Shown: one piece after another, positions 25,601-37,671 of the stretch
Layout of the letters: every line of letters starts with the position of its first letter
Numbering within the stretch: the stretch's first letter is position 1
Source of the DNA: Phoronis australis
Taxonomy: Eukaryota; Animalia; Phoronida
NCBI GenBank assembly: GCA_002633005.1
Contig: NMRA01000379.1
Span: 352,868 to 416,867, forward strand
Direction of reading: 5' to 3'
Length of the DNA: 64,000 bases
Program-made: the position numbers and the translations under genes
The notes under the pieces: model-generated
Databases searched by the model: none
Told to the model about the DNA's origin: nothing
What the model saw: the letters and a program-made list of their open reading frames with translations, nothing else

Positions 25601-28093
25601 GTAATAAGTTTTGATTTAGACCATTTACCTCTATAAACTTTGCTCAGTTTGTTCCTTATCCAGATGGGAAGTGATTTCTGGAATTGTAACGAATTGACAG
25701 TTTGCTATTCCTTTAGACCATGCTGTGTGTATAAAATCACACACTGTTAGACTGGTCTCTAGCAATTGCATATTGCCAGATCTTTCAAAGTTCTGAAATT
25801 GCTCAAAAGTGACCTGGAAGTAATACCTATTTCATGATGGTAAAATGTCTAAATCAAAAGTTGTTTTATGTGATTTTAGGCGGGTTTATGTCCACTTCAA
25901 ATGATTTAGTGTTGAAGTACTGAAAAGTATTGGCACATTAGCTCTGGAGACTCCTTGTTTTTTTGGCGAATTGACCACTTTATGGTTCCCATAGGTAATT
26001 TTGTTACTGGTCTAGTATGTATGTACAACTGTAATCGTAGGGCAATTGTAATGCAAACCATGTTGCAAAAGTATTTTTTTCATGACCATTTCATTGTAAA
26101 ATTCTGCCTAATTGGAACAAACAAGCCAATTTTTCATTTTGTGGTGGTTAGTTTTGATAAGAAAATTGATGTGGTAAATACAGCTATCTCAAGTTTGTGA
26201 AGAAGAGTTTCCAGTGTTGTCAGCGACATTGCGAAATCACTTTTTAGCAGTGAGACTACATCACCTTAAATGTAATTCCCTGACTTTATGGGGTTTGTGT
26301 GGTTGACTCTGTCCTGTAGCAATTGTAGTGTTGAAAAGATCTAGAAGGCAATTTTTTATTAAGAGTCATAACATGTGCACTTTTGAAGTACAATTATCTT
26401 TGCATTGTATTACAAAAACATATGTTGTAGTACACAAGTCTCTGGTTGGTATTTTGTATTTTTTCACAATGAATATTTTCAACTTAGATGAGTTGTCTGT
26501 GAGGTAGGCAATTTTCAAATAAGATAATGAATGAAACTGTCAAACATTGTTTTATTTTTTAGCTGTGTGATCTTCCAATAAGTGATTATTTTTAAAAAAA
26601 ACCTGTGCAGAATTTGATTTTACTCTTCATTTAAAGGAGAATAAATCCATAAACCTGCATTGTCTAGAAATTTTACTTAAACTACATATTACAGGGTTGG
26701 GGGTTGGAATCTTAATACAACGGAGTTTGAACCCGTACCATAAGCAATACAACACAATACACGGATATAAAAATTTGGTGTTTAGGTTCCACGGAAAGGA
26801 TTCGTGTGCGCGGTAATAGTTACTAAGATGCGTGGTCATTGTTTGTGCATACTTTGGGATTCCTCTTCTGTGGTCATCCACGGGATACCTGGAGAACAAT
26901 AGATTAGCGTCTTCATTGTTCCCGTTGTTATAATAAAGATATAAAGACGAGCACTTATCGGCCAACGGTCTGATGTACGCAAGGTTCTATATCCATGCGA
27001 CCTGTGTTGTTATATCCAACAATGACGCAACAAAGGAAAACAATGATAGGACCGATGGATGAAAAACATGCGACGAGTTGCCACGGCCAGTGGTGGAGTT
27101 TGTCTTGTCATTCGATTGTTTTTAGAGAACTGCAATCCCGGTATTTCGCCAGGAAATTTCCTGCGGTCTTTTCTTTTAAGTCGTGGGAAAAATTGCGGTC
27201 ATGCCAACAAACTTATCATTCACGTGATATTACAATGCATTGCATGAACATTTGATCAACAGAAAATCTGACTTGAATATGTATGAAGAAATACCCATGA
27301 GGAAATTGCAAGGTATAACAACTGTAAATCAAAATAACCTACATTTGTCGAGTTCATGTCTAACCCTGTTCACTGTGGAGGACATAATCGGCTTTTTACA
27401 AAATGGAGCCATGTATGGCATTTAGGGGTACTATAGCCCTAAGTGGTAAGTAGTAAAACGTTCAAAAGATTCAGGAGGAACTAACTTGTTGCAAAATGTT
27501 GAAAAACATGAAGGACAATCGGATTTTACGTGCTCACGCATCGATCTCAGATAATTATATGAAAATTTCTCATTTTAATACATTTGAGGTGCTAAAATGT
27601 ATAACTAATAAACTGGCTGACAAAGTTTTTATTTTATGCAATGAAAGTAACATGTTTTGTCAACATCATGGCTAAGTTTCATTCTCATAGCAGTGGGGGC
27701 AGATTTGGTACAGCAGTGTACTGAACACAACCTCAAAATGGTATAACGGGGGGCAGTGTAGTAAAACTACTAAATGAGGGTGGTAAATCGGAATCGTGTT
27801 TCAAGACATCTGTGTAACAATCTATAGGCACCACTAAACAGTGACAAGTGAATAATAAATCAATAGCTTTCATTCAAGGAAAAATATAAACAGTTAAAAC
27901 TGGACAGTTTTTATACCGTGAAAACATGGCTGCGAAGCCGTAAAATGTGGTTGAGACTATAACATACAATATTTTGAGGAAATATTTTACCGCTGTTTAT
28001 AGATCCCATAGGACTACCTATGTGCCGAATTTGGTGAAAATCGGCTGACCCCCACCTTGCCGCTGGATGGCTGGTGCTCTCGTGGACTAGTAC
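22611..28093 (+). mobile_element. TTAA-targeting DNA transposon, Sola3-like, degenerate
   Basis: TTAA at 22607-22610 and 28094-28097. TIRs GTATCAGTCCACG / CGTGGACTAGTAC plus inverted subterminal gcggcaaggtggggg.tcagcc. A remnant at 24750-25030 (GWVWKSSQP...PEDMSKRI..RNVSGKKY..KDYWLMPQQVQS) resembles the 'GWALK...LT.QQI.S' C-terminus I associate with Sola3. Confidence 0.7.
23958..24499 (-). mobile_element. TRIM (miniature LTR retrotransposon) with tRNA-like LTRs
   Basis: Two 153-bp TG...CA LTRs (23958-24110 and 24347-24499). PBS TGGCGTAGTCGGCA (24331-24344) is complementary to the tRNA-Ser 3' end. PPT GGGAAGGGGGAATGT adjoins the 3' LTR. Each LTR has box A TAGCTGAATGG and a box B-like GGT(T/G)CGATTCC. 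Confidence 0.9.
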
Positions 28094-28097
28094 TTAA

Positions 28098-29750
28098 GCA
28101 CTGTTAGCGGAATTATGTACAGACACAATTTCATCAGTTAAAGCAACAGGGAACTCACTAGTCTGAGTACACGATTCAGCAGTTTTAAGAACTGAAATAT
28201 TGGTTGAACTGCGGGGCCTTCAAGAATTACGCATGTGTTTCTTCATATAACCCAACAGATCAACTATTTTTTTACTACCAGGGAGGTCTTTGGACTTGGC
28301 ACAGACTGGTGTTAGACCTTGTCCCACAGCCCCTGTCACTTAAATCTTCGTCACCTAGGAACATTCGTCGAGCCGCCGCTGGAGAACTCCTACAGCTTGA
28401 CTGGTAATGCCCCAGTTTACCACACCTGAAACACCTGGGAAGAGTAGAAGGCCTTCCCGGAGATGATTCTGGCGAAGCTCTTGGCGAAGACGGAGAAGGT
28501 CACTTCGGCGACTGTGACTGCAGCATTGCAAACAACTTATTAAAATTGCTTGACACTTCCGCACGAGATTCAGACAGGTCAGATTTCAACTCATCGACTT
28601 TCTTGTGAAGTTTAACATTATCCGTCTTGAGGAATGAAACCAATGTATCTAAATCGTTACACCTACCCTCAAGAGCATCTAAACGAGACTCTAAAGAGCC
28701 ACGAGGAATGAACTTGAGATTGGGCTTCTTATTTAACTGACGAACCGAGACTTCTTCCTCCTCTTCTGAAAAGGTTTCTCTACAGAAAGAAACAGCCTTG
28801 GTAGGTCTCGATGGTGTCATAAGGTCTTTGGTGGTTGAAAACCATCGAGTGACATCCAAAGCCTCCATGACTGATCCCGGTTTACTATTTATTGTCCATT
28901 GAGTAATATCTCTGTTCTTCAAACCCAAGCAGAAACGAAGGACAGCCTGAGCTTTGTCAGAGTCCCTAGCATCTGGAAAAGCTCACAAAAATAAACTGGT
29001 TTTAAAAGCGGTCAGCCCATTGCTCAAGCGACTCATCAGGAGCTTGTTTGGCTGACTGAAATCTAAGCTGGTGTACTTTGTAACACTCAATTTCTGCACC
29101 AAAGCGATATATCATATCTTTGATGACCTGTTTGTAAGATGCATCTGGAAAAGCTGGTTGGCGAACAAATGTGAAGCATCTCCTTCTAAGCACATACCAA
29201 ATTCAGTACGGCACTTTTGACCAGGCCAACAGTTATCTTTGGCTATATTATCAACTGTTCCCAGGTGTCTAGCTTACCACTGAAAGTTAGGTTGCGTGGA
29301 GCACGTTGTAGGTAATTAGATGAAGACCCCGACGGCTGAGATGAAATGCTAGTATGTGGAGATGAGGTTGTTTTTTCATAATCACCACCACTAGCAATAC
29401 TGGTCTTGGATGGGGTAAATTTAGTTGCCAATTTTGAAAAAGAAACAGTAGCTGAAACCATTTTCGATGGTGTTTCCTTACCATAATTGTCGACCAACTC
29501 TGCAACTTTAGCTAAATCTTCCGAAAGACCAGACGGGAGGGGGAAGTCGATGTGTTTCTGCATCGTTGTGGTCGGCTTCCAAGCGGACTGTATTTTAGTT
29601 ACATTCTCCGGTGTAAGCGCTAACACTGCCCTGAAGTCGATAACTGCAGCAGCAAAACATCAGTAGTCATACCCGAAAGGTCGAACAGTGTTGCAGCGTC
29701 AAAAGAATTGATAAGGATCTTGGATGCCATGGTGATTGGTGCTCAAACAA
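28098..29750 (-). mobile_element. Degenerate Gypsy gag
   Basis: PRNLTFSGKLDTWEQ, RFQSAKQAPDESLEQWADRF, RFCLGLKNRD, and the CCHC knuckle RCFRCGKLGHYQSSC at ~28390-28440. Confidence 0.8.
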
Positions 29751-30082
29751 AAGGCACTGAGAAAGTAGGACAATTACTGAAAAATATTAGATTATATAAT
29801 TAACTATCTGGAAAAAAACAATAATGAAACAAGAAAATGAAAATATGTACAAGAAAATAAGTACACCCGTACAAAAACACCTAAAGTAAAACTGAAACCA
29901 CGTGGTTTTCAGTTACCTCCTCTCAGGAAGGACCACACACGAGAGAGCGAGCAGGTCCAGCAGCTCCCCAGTCACGTGACATAATCTAAGTACTATATTC
30001 GGTCCACCATAAACCCACAGACGAACAAGAACGAACGACATTGAAACAGGACAACAAATTCCTACCTAGGTTCACGACAATA

Positions 30083-30481
30083 CCGTACAGAGCGAAATAA
30101 GCAGTGAAATACACGTGACAGCGGAGAGTGTGAATACAACACAAGGTAGGAAGCCCGCAACCCTATCGAAACAGAGCCAGCGTGCGATACACAACTGTGA
30201 GCTGTTCATTCAACACAGGCTTTTCGTGACTGATTATTGCAATACTGATTCTAAAATCTTTAGCCGAAATGTGTCATTTTCAACCAAGCGAATGATGGTA
30301 TTGTGTGCTATTTCCTGCCTAGTTATTTTTCGCCCATGCTGGTGTACAAAGATATCTTGAATGGAACCCCCATGCAAGTGCAGGGTTGCGGGCTTCCTAC
30401 TGTGTTGCATTCACACTCTCTGCTTGTATGCCCCTGTTCCCGCTGTCACGTGTATTTCACTGTTTATTTCGCTGTTTATGG
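30083..30481. mobile_element. Tc1/mariner-pogo-type MITE, TA TSD
   Basis: TA|CCGTA...TATGG|TA with inverted arms of about 85-100 bp (gcgaaataa.cagtgaaatacacgtgacagcgg...ggaagcccgcaaccct). Confidence 0.8.
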
Positions 30482-30969
30482 TATGTTCATTCCACTCGTT
30501 GCCTGATGATGTGACATGAAGTCACGAAATATAGCTACTGTTTTTATTTGTTTGTTTGTTTGTTATGTCTCTCGGTCTTTTATTTCATACCTGCACTCAA
30601 GAAGAAAGGAGACTGTTCCGAAATTACGAACGTACCAGTATCAAGCTCGCTAACAAAATGTCTAGTCTTGTCTTTCATTAAGTTTGTGTAAACGAAGGGC
30701 TGCTACCGAGCTATTCTGATTTCTACTCAACACTATATACTTTACAACCATCTGACACCTACAGGTTGTGGCGTAGCAAGGATTACCTCCGGGGTGAAAG
30801 ATAACCTTACCTGCCTCTTGGTCGTCACCAAAGTGCACTGTGCCAGCCCCTCCCCCAACCACAGTTATTTGTACAAATTTCGTTTTCTCCCTTGATTGCC
30901 ACGAATTCCATGTCGCCAGCAGCCCATCAGTGTGTAAATAAAATGTTAACATATAATTTGCCTAGACAC

Positions 30970-31400
30970 ATTTACCACAATGAGACAATTTCATCGTTAT
31001 GTAAAGGCCATCTCTGTCCGTCCGTCCGGCCTCTGTCCAGCGTCCGTCCGGCGTTCGGCGTCTGTTGCTGTATGTCCAAAACCCTTTCTTGCATGTTCAT
31101 GAAATTTTGCAGATATGTTCTATTTATAGATTGGACGGCACGAGCGAATTTTAAGACGGATCCGATCACCGGTGAGCGCCCTAATGGAAATTTTAGTTTT
31201 TTATGTTTGCCTCAATATACATGCGGAGTGCCTTAACGGATTTTCATGAAATATGGCAAATAGCTATCTATTAGGAAGATGACACCACCTTCACATTTTT
31301 AAATGGTCCGACGTATTTTGCGCTACCTAGAGGCCATTTTACTGCTTCCGAGTAAGTTTGGTTCCGTCCGCCCCTCCATAGGCCAAAACTATGGAACTTT
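30970..31400. repeat. Non-autonomous repeat with (TCCG)n microsatellite, Helentron-associated-like
   Basis: A cgtccgtccg tract followed by units homologous, in the opposite orientation, to 58300-58640 (gcgccc/gtgccc-ctagtgg motifs, ttttcatgaaa). Confidence 0.5.
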
Positions 31401-31893
31401 ATCCCTGGAATGCCAACTTCTGCACGTGACCAATGTGTTCTTTTATTAAATTAGGGCTTGCGACCCCGAGACTGGCTACAATAATTTGCAATGAGAACTT
31501 CCTGCGGTCTGATCGATTCCGTTTTGATCGAGTATTGTAGTTATCAAATCAAGCCTGATTTCATTGCTTCATTTTCATTTTGACGTTGTTGTTTATCAAA
31601 CGAGACTCTTGGACTACTGTTATAGCCCAACCAGTGATTTTCCGGCAAAATTAGTCCACAAAACCCGGCACTTACATTGGTCATTCTTAGAAGCACCAAC
31701 CCGTGGCTCTTGTTAGATACCGGAAATAGTCTGGCCCCTGATATATTTTCATCTGAAGTCTTAGAATCACTTTCAACAACCTATCAAAAATATACTAGGA
31801 GTTTTTCAACAAGGCATTTTGGATGCTAAAATCATGTTAATGTATTTTACGGAAAGATGTGGCATTTGGCTAATGAGTGTTTGTTTTGCAATT

Positions 31894-31989
31894 GAATAAA
31901 ACGTTAAGCACCTACTGTTAAGTGTGTTTACCTGACTTTCGAATAAAACGTTAAGCACCTACTGTTAAGTGTGTTTACCTGACTTTCGA
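31894..31989. repeat. 47-bp perfect tandem duplication
   Basis: gaataaaacgttaagcacctactgttaagtgtgtttacctgactttc, two copies. Confidence 0.95.
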
Positions 31990-32679
31990 AAAACTACTCG
32001 TATTTGCGTTGCTAAGTATATGTGCTTGTGTTCGCATCAGTTATTACTATTCTTAATTGTTTCTATAATAATTAATTGGTACAATGTTTACCTGTTACCG
32101 AGATGCTTTTTGTTAATTCGATTTCGGAGCAGTGAATGTTATCTGTACCTATACCCGTAAAATTAAAATTTCAAAAAAGAAAAGTTTACATTGTAAAAGA
32201 ACCCAATCAAGTATTTCGTGTTGCTGACAGCGTATAATGTATTTGCCAATTGCCAGCTCTTTGCGGACTGTCCCATCCCGCCACATTATCTAAATGTCCC
32301 GTTTTTTGACACACGGCCAAATGGAAATAATAATCATGAGGCTATTGTAATTTCCCACGCGACATAGCCATATTTCCCCGCTGGACCAAAAAGAAAAACA
32401 TGGGACGTGTTATGGGTTTTTGTGACACCCAAAATTTCACACTGAACTAAAAAGAAGAACAACAAAAAACTTTGTCCGGCATTTTTGGGTATTAAATCTA
32501 CCGTTCGACAAAAACGCTGTCGGTACGAGCATTTCACTCTCACGTTTTGGCTTAGATCCAGAAGTTCCGCTTCATATCCTCCATGTTTGTTCTTTAATGT
32601 TTTCAGAGTCGACTTTCTTTAGTAACATAACAACTGTTTACGGTAACATGAACTATATGTATCAGGACCACTAACTTGT

Positions 32680-32722
32680 ACTTTCTGAAGAAAGGGTTTA
32701 TTTCGAAACGTGTAGAGAAAGT
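32680..32722 (+). ncRNA. Minimal type I hammerhead-like motif (degenerate)
   Basis: acttt-CTGAAGA-aagggtttatttc-GAAAC-gt-GTA-gagaaagt. The core is intact but stems I and II are imperfect. Confidence 0.4.
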
Positions 32723-33321
32723 CTTAGACTGCAACCAATGTGATGAGCTATCCACAGTACATTTCAAGGCTACGTGATCGATCTTTTCCCATTTTTATCT
32801 ATCATATAACCTTTATTTGTAAATTTCAGACACATACTTGGAGTATTTTTTTCGCATTTTTCGTAAAATCAATTCCATTCTGAATTTTTACTGAAGATTG
32901 TAATGATATCAAACGGTCTCAAATGTCCAATAATTATAACATGTAAAGATGTAAAATTTTGGTTTAATGTCAGACTAAATTGATCACAGGAAGTGTTTGG
33001 GATGCATGTTCTAAAACCTTTGTCGTTATGGGGTAGAAATGTTTTGAATCATTGAAATTATTTCCTCAATGGCTTAACTAGTCATTTATATAACCTATCT
33101 GTTTCATTTCCATTTTATGTTGCTATTGGTAATTTTAGCATTTTCGTAAAACTTGTTTTTTAGAATTACAAAATATTTTTAAACCAGTCAGGTATGCAAA
33201 ATGGTAATTTCTTAAGGATTAAGTTACTTTTCTTTTGCTTCTGGAATAATCATCAAGAACTGACGAAGGGCATATACATATATACATATATGTGTTTATA
33301 CTGGGAAGAGGACGACTGACG

Positions 33322-33831
33322 CTCGCTGGTTCCCTGCGTACAGAAAACACGCAAATATCATTCACGAGCACGTGGTTTATCACTGGTTGATGTAACCTCG
33401 TCAGTCATTGCTTAGCTTTACAACAAAGAAAGAAAATGGCTGACTCTGAACGATTTTTAGCCTTCCTTTTCATACAAGTGGCGTAACAGCAACTATTTCG
33501 TTTCTGCAGGTAATGTTTAATAGGCTCGTGCTTGAAGCATATACATGTACAATAAACACACATCTGGCCGATTTACATACACTCTGAAAAGGCGCAACCA
33601 CAATTTTCTGGGATACACATTTCTTGTACATGAATTAAGCACAGATTTGTCTGTACAACAGAACACATTTAAATTTCCTTCACCAGTCATGTCAATTTGT
33701 TTGCGTAAAGCGCTACCTGCTGAGAATTCGACGAGCCAATCAAAAACGCCGGTTTAAAAAAAAATTCCGAGGAAAATTAAATGGTGCCTGCGTGTTTTCT
33801 ACCACCTAGCGACACGCAGAGAACCAGCGAG
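33322..33831. mobile_element. 510-bp MITE with CTCGCTGGTTCCCTGCGT TIRs and 10-bp TSD
   Basis: Inverted termini; ACGACTGACG at 33312-33321 and 33832-33841. Confidence 0.9.
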
Positions 33832-33869
33832 ACGACTGACGATGATCTTCCGACGACTGCAGGTGAAAT

Positions 33870-35394
33870 AGACCTAACTCACGCGGCGGACATTAAAATC
33901 CAAAGCGAGGCTCACTGCGATAAACAAAGCGGAAATTTACATTGCGTGAGTTAATGACCGGTCTTTCGAGTCCAACCTGGATATTAAATCTTAAAAATGT
34001 GTCAAAAATCAACCACAGAGACGTAGAGAAATACATTACAAAACAAGTCCATGCACCAAAGAGTTGTCGTACGAAAGAGTATACGCTTTTTTCGGAAAAC
34101 TAGGTTCGAAACATGGAAAGTAAATATGACCAAACTGAGGCGATGATCGTCACGGATTAGGTATTATGCTGAATGCAGGGTTACGTTTCTTCTTGTAAAT
34201 TGTTGATAAAAATGCTTTCTAAACGAATCAAGTCATCTGCTTGTATTGTTGACTAGTTGAAGATAAATTCGACAGTGGTGGCTCATCGCATTTTGCTGTC
34301 ATGCGCAATTAGTCACATCTGGTTTAATTTTAGCATATGTCCTGGTGAGATAGGGACTCGGGACTGATAAGGGATTTGTCATTGATCTGAGAGAATAACT
34401 GATGTTATTAAATATATTTTTATTAAAATAATTGAAAATAAAAATTATTTGATCATTTTTTAAATTTTGAAAAAATAAAAAACGAGCACAGCCCCAGAAA
34501 TCGCTTTCGCATTATATCCAGGTTCTCATTCTCTTATTTGCACACATTCACAAAGAATTATTTGACCATCAATTCTGCTTTCTTGGTTTTAATAAGTCTT
34601 TTATGCGTCTATTTCATGTGTTAGATTTCAAATATCAATCTGAACCAAGTTGAATTTTAAAATTAAAACACCCAACTCGTTCGTCCAAAGCATAACCTTG
34701 TTTTTTGAGCTCAATTTCAACTGCACAGAGCAAGCATACATGTAGTTATCATGTTTCTTCAGGGCCTCGTTCATCCGAGGAAAAGTGCTTGTGTGCCTTC
34801 GTGAGAGGGGCATTTTTTCGCCGAGTGAGGGGAAAATCTACCTCCCGGCGATCACCATCAATATCACACCCACCCTGTGCTCTTTCAAATTGTCACCTGT
34901 GTGGATACACGTGATTTGAACTTCGGAGAGAACACTTGGATAATTTTTAGGGCCTCGTGGGGGGGATTTCGGGGGATTTTTCAATATTTTGAAAGGGGAA
35001 TAGGGCCCCAAAATCGAGAGATTGAGGGCCCTGTCTTTGTTGGAAAGAAACATGCATCATCTTTCAACCCGTTGTCATAAAAACAGCCTGGCTGACCCAA
35101 GATTCTCCGGTCGTTGCCATGACGCTCGGCAACCGAGATGCGACAAAATATGATCTAACTTTCCGAAAACATTTATAAATTTTACACCATATTTTCCTTC
35201 GTTGCGCGTATGGCAACGACCCAACGCTTCCGAATCTCAACGTCCTCAGGGTTTGTAAAACGGACAGTTGAGTGTCCGTATTTTTTCTAGCCGTTCAAGC
35301 AACGCGGAATACAACCAGTATGCTGATAAGCCAACAGAGCTATTGTAGCGAGCCTGGTTTTGGAACGCGCCTCCTGTCGGCGTGAATTAGGTCT
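33870..35394. mobile_element. Non-autonomous DNA transposon with AT TSD (ISL2EU-like)
   Basis: AT|AGACCTAAcTCACGC...GCGTGAATTAGGTCT|AT. Confidence 0.7.
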
Positions 35395-37671
35395 ATGGCT
35401 CCTCCTGATGTCAGTTTTTTGGGTCCATGGCTGCATCTGCTAAACCCTCTGCGGCATCTTTGTTAAATTTGGCAAGTGCATTTATTTGTAAGTCAAAACA
35501 GCTGTCCAAGACTTTTGGACGGGTTAGACTGCTGCTGTGCTCCATTGTGACATGTTTTTTCCTCGGAATCTTTGGAATTCCTGGACAGATTTTTATGAAA
35601 TTCATCAAATAGATTTCTATTAAAAATGCGACGACACCATCTGTTTTCAGATTTATTTGACGAAGTACATGTACACGTAAACTAGAGGCCGTTTTTTATT
35701 ATTTTTGAGTCTGTTTTTGGTGTCCACCTCTCAGTCGGCCAAATCACTCTTAAGATGATTATGAAAATGGCACATATGTTCTTTCATGAAAGAGAACGGC
35801 TGACGATGATTTTAGGATGTCGCCGAATACTGTGGTGCCTCCTGGTGGCATTGCTGTTTTTGCTTCACCTGTATCTGTATCTCTTAACTTCTGCAGAATC
35901 TTTGTTCAATTTAGCAATTGTACTTGTATGGAGATTTTAACGGATGACGACGATGTTTGGACAGAACCGATTTGGACAGAACAGATTTCGGCTGTGGCTC
36001 CTAGTGACAATTTTATTTTTTCTGTTTTCGTCTGCATCTGTGGAATTCCATGATGCATTTTTATGAACTTTTGGAAATAAGTTTCTGATAATAAGGCGAT
36101 GACATCTATTCGTTTCTAGATGGATTTGACGTAATAAACGCCTCCTAATGGCCGTTGTTATGTTTGGGGTCTGTTTTAGGCGTTCATCTCTCTCTATAGG
36201 CCAAAGCGTTTTAAAAATAGGTCTATGTGTTCCTTCTGGGAAGAGCAAGATTGTTAGATTGACTACTGTGGCGTCCCCTAGTGGCTGTTTGATATTATTG
36301 CATCCGCAGTTGTTTCTTCCTACAGGATCTTTATTAAATTTGGCAAATTTATTTTTAAGAATGTGGCAACAGATGACGACTTTTAGACGTACCTGACAAC
36401 CACTGTGCTCCCAGTGCCAGTTTTGATACTTTTCGGTCTTGACAGGTATGTTCATATTAAAAAGAGCATTGCTCTATTCGTATGCAACCCTTAGAGGCTA
36501 TTTTAAGTTTACCACCAGAAATTCCCTTAGATAAGCGCATGGGCATGTATTCTAAAAATGAAAATCTTCAGGCGTTTTAGCAACACCAAAATAAACGCTA
36601 GGGCGGGAAAAGGGGGCGCGGTGTAAACGGAAAGTCATAGTTTTTACTTAAATCTGCGTTTTCAAATTTCGTGTTAATAAATGCACATTTTGCCACCATC
36701 TTGTTCGTTTTTATAAATGATAAATGCTCCACAAAACTGAATTTGTGACAAAACGTTTATGCTGTGTGGGCTTCTAAGAGGAAATCTTCCAAATATACGC
36801 CCCTCTGTCTGGACACTTGACACCAAATAAACGTCCATGAGCGTGTATTCGGCATAATTTTCAGGATGAACGCCCATGGACGCTTTATAGGGTGGGCTTA
36901 TCTATGGAAAATCCCGGTAGCCTTGCTCCATAGTTTGAATGTTTAATCATCCCTTGTATCTGCGCAATATGCGATGCACACGGTGGTCGTTTATGGACTC
37001 TCCGCGTTGTTCTAGAAGGAAAATCAGAGTGATTTTTTGTTTTTGAAAAATATAATAATTTGGGGTTCGACATAAGCGATTAAACGTTCGAAAATACGAG
37101 CAGAAAAAGCAGAATGCAAGTATACGATTGACCTGCCAAGTATTCGCGGAGTCGACGCCTTGGTTACCAGTGATATTTTGAAATTGAAGTACACAGACCC
37201 AAAGTTCAAAGAATTTCTCGTCATCGTAACACTAGTTGCTAAGTAAACGCGAAAGTTATATCAGCGCTTCAGCTCTCTAAACGACATTTGTAATCCAGTA
37301 CTTAAGTACGCAATTTGAAATGAGGGGAAGGTAAACAATGAAAAAATACCGCCGAAATTTTAAGACAGACTTGCCATACGAATGTCACCAAAGTCGTACC
37401 AACAAAACCAATCTAAGCACAACACCCTTCTCTTTGTTTTTGATTTACAAACTTTTGCAACTAAAAGATTGAAACATTTCCTGACAGAAACTTGTACAAG
37501 ACATTGTATGCTTAGGCCGAGTGACGAGTTAATGCGCGAGAAGGATGCAGTGTTAATTTCTCAAGAATAAATCTGACATCTAATGTTGGTTACGTATGCA
37601 ATAACCAATTTTCCATGGAATGAAATCCTTGAAATACTCTCACTGGTTCCCTGCGTGTCGCTAGGTGGTAG

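Noticed and set aside
30484-30520. 5' LTR end and PBS of the Gypsy element (minus-strand tgtcaca..ggcaacgag)
   Set aside because: Only a weak PBS resemblance, and no matching second LTR could be found near 21000.
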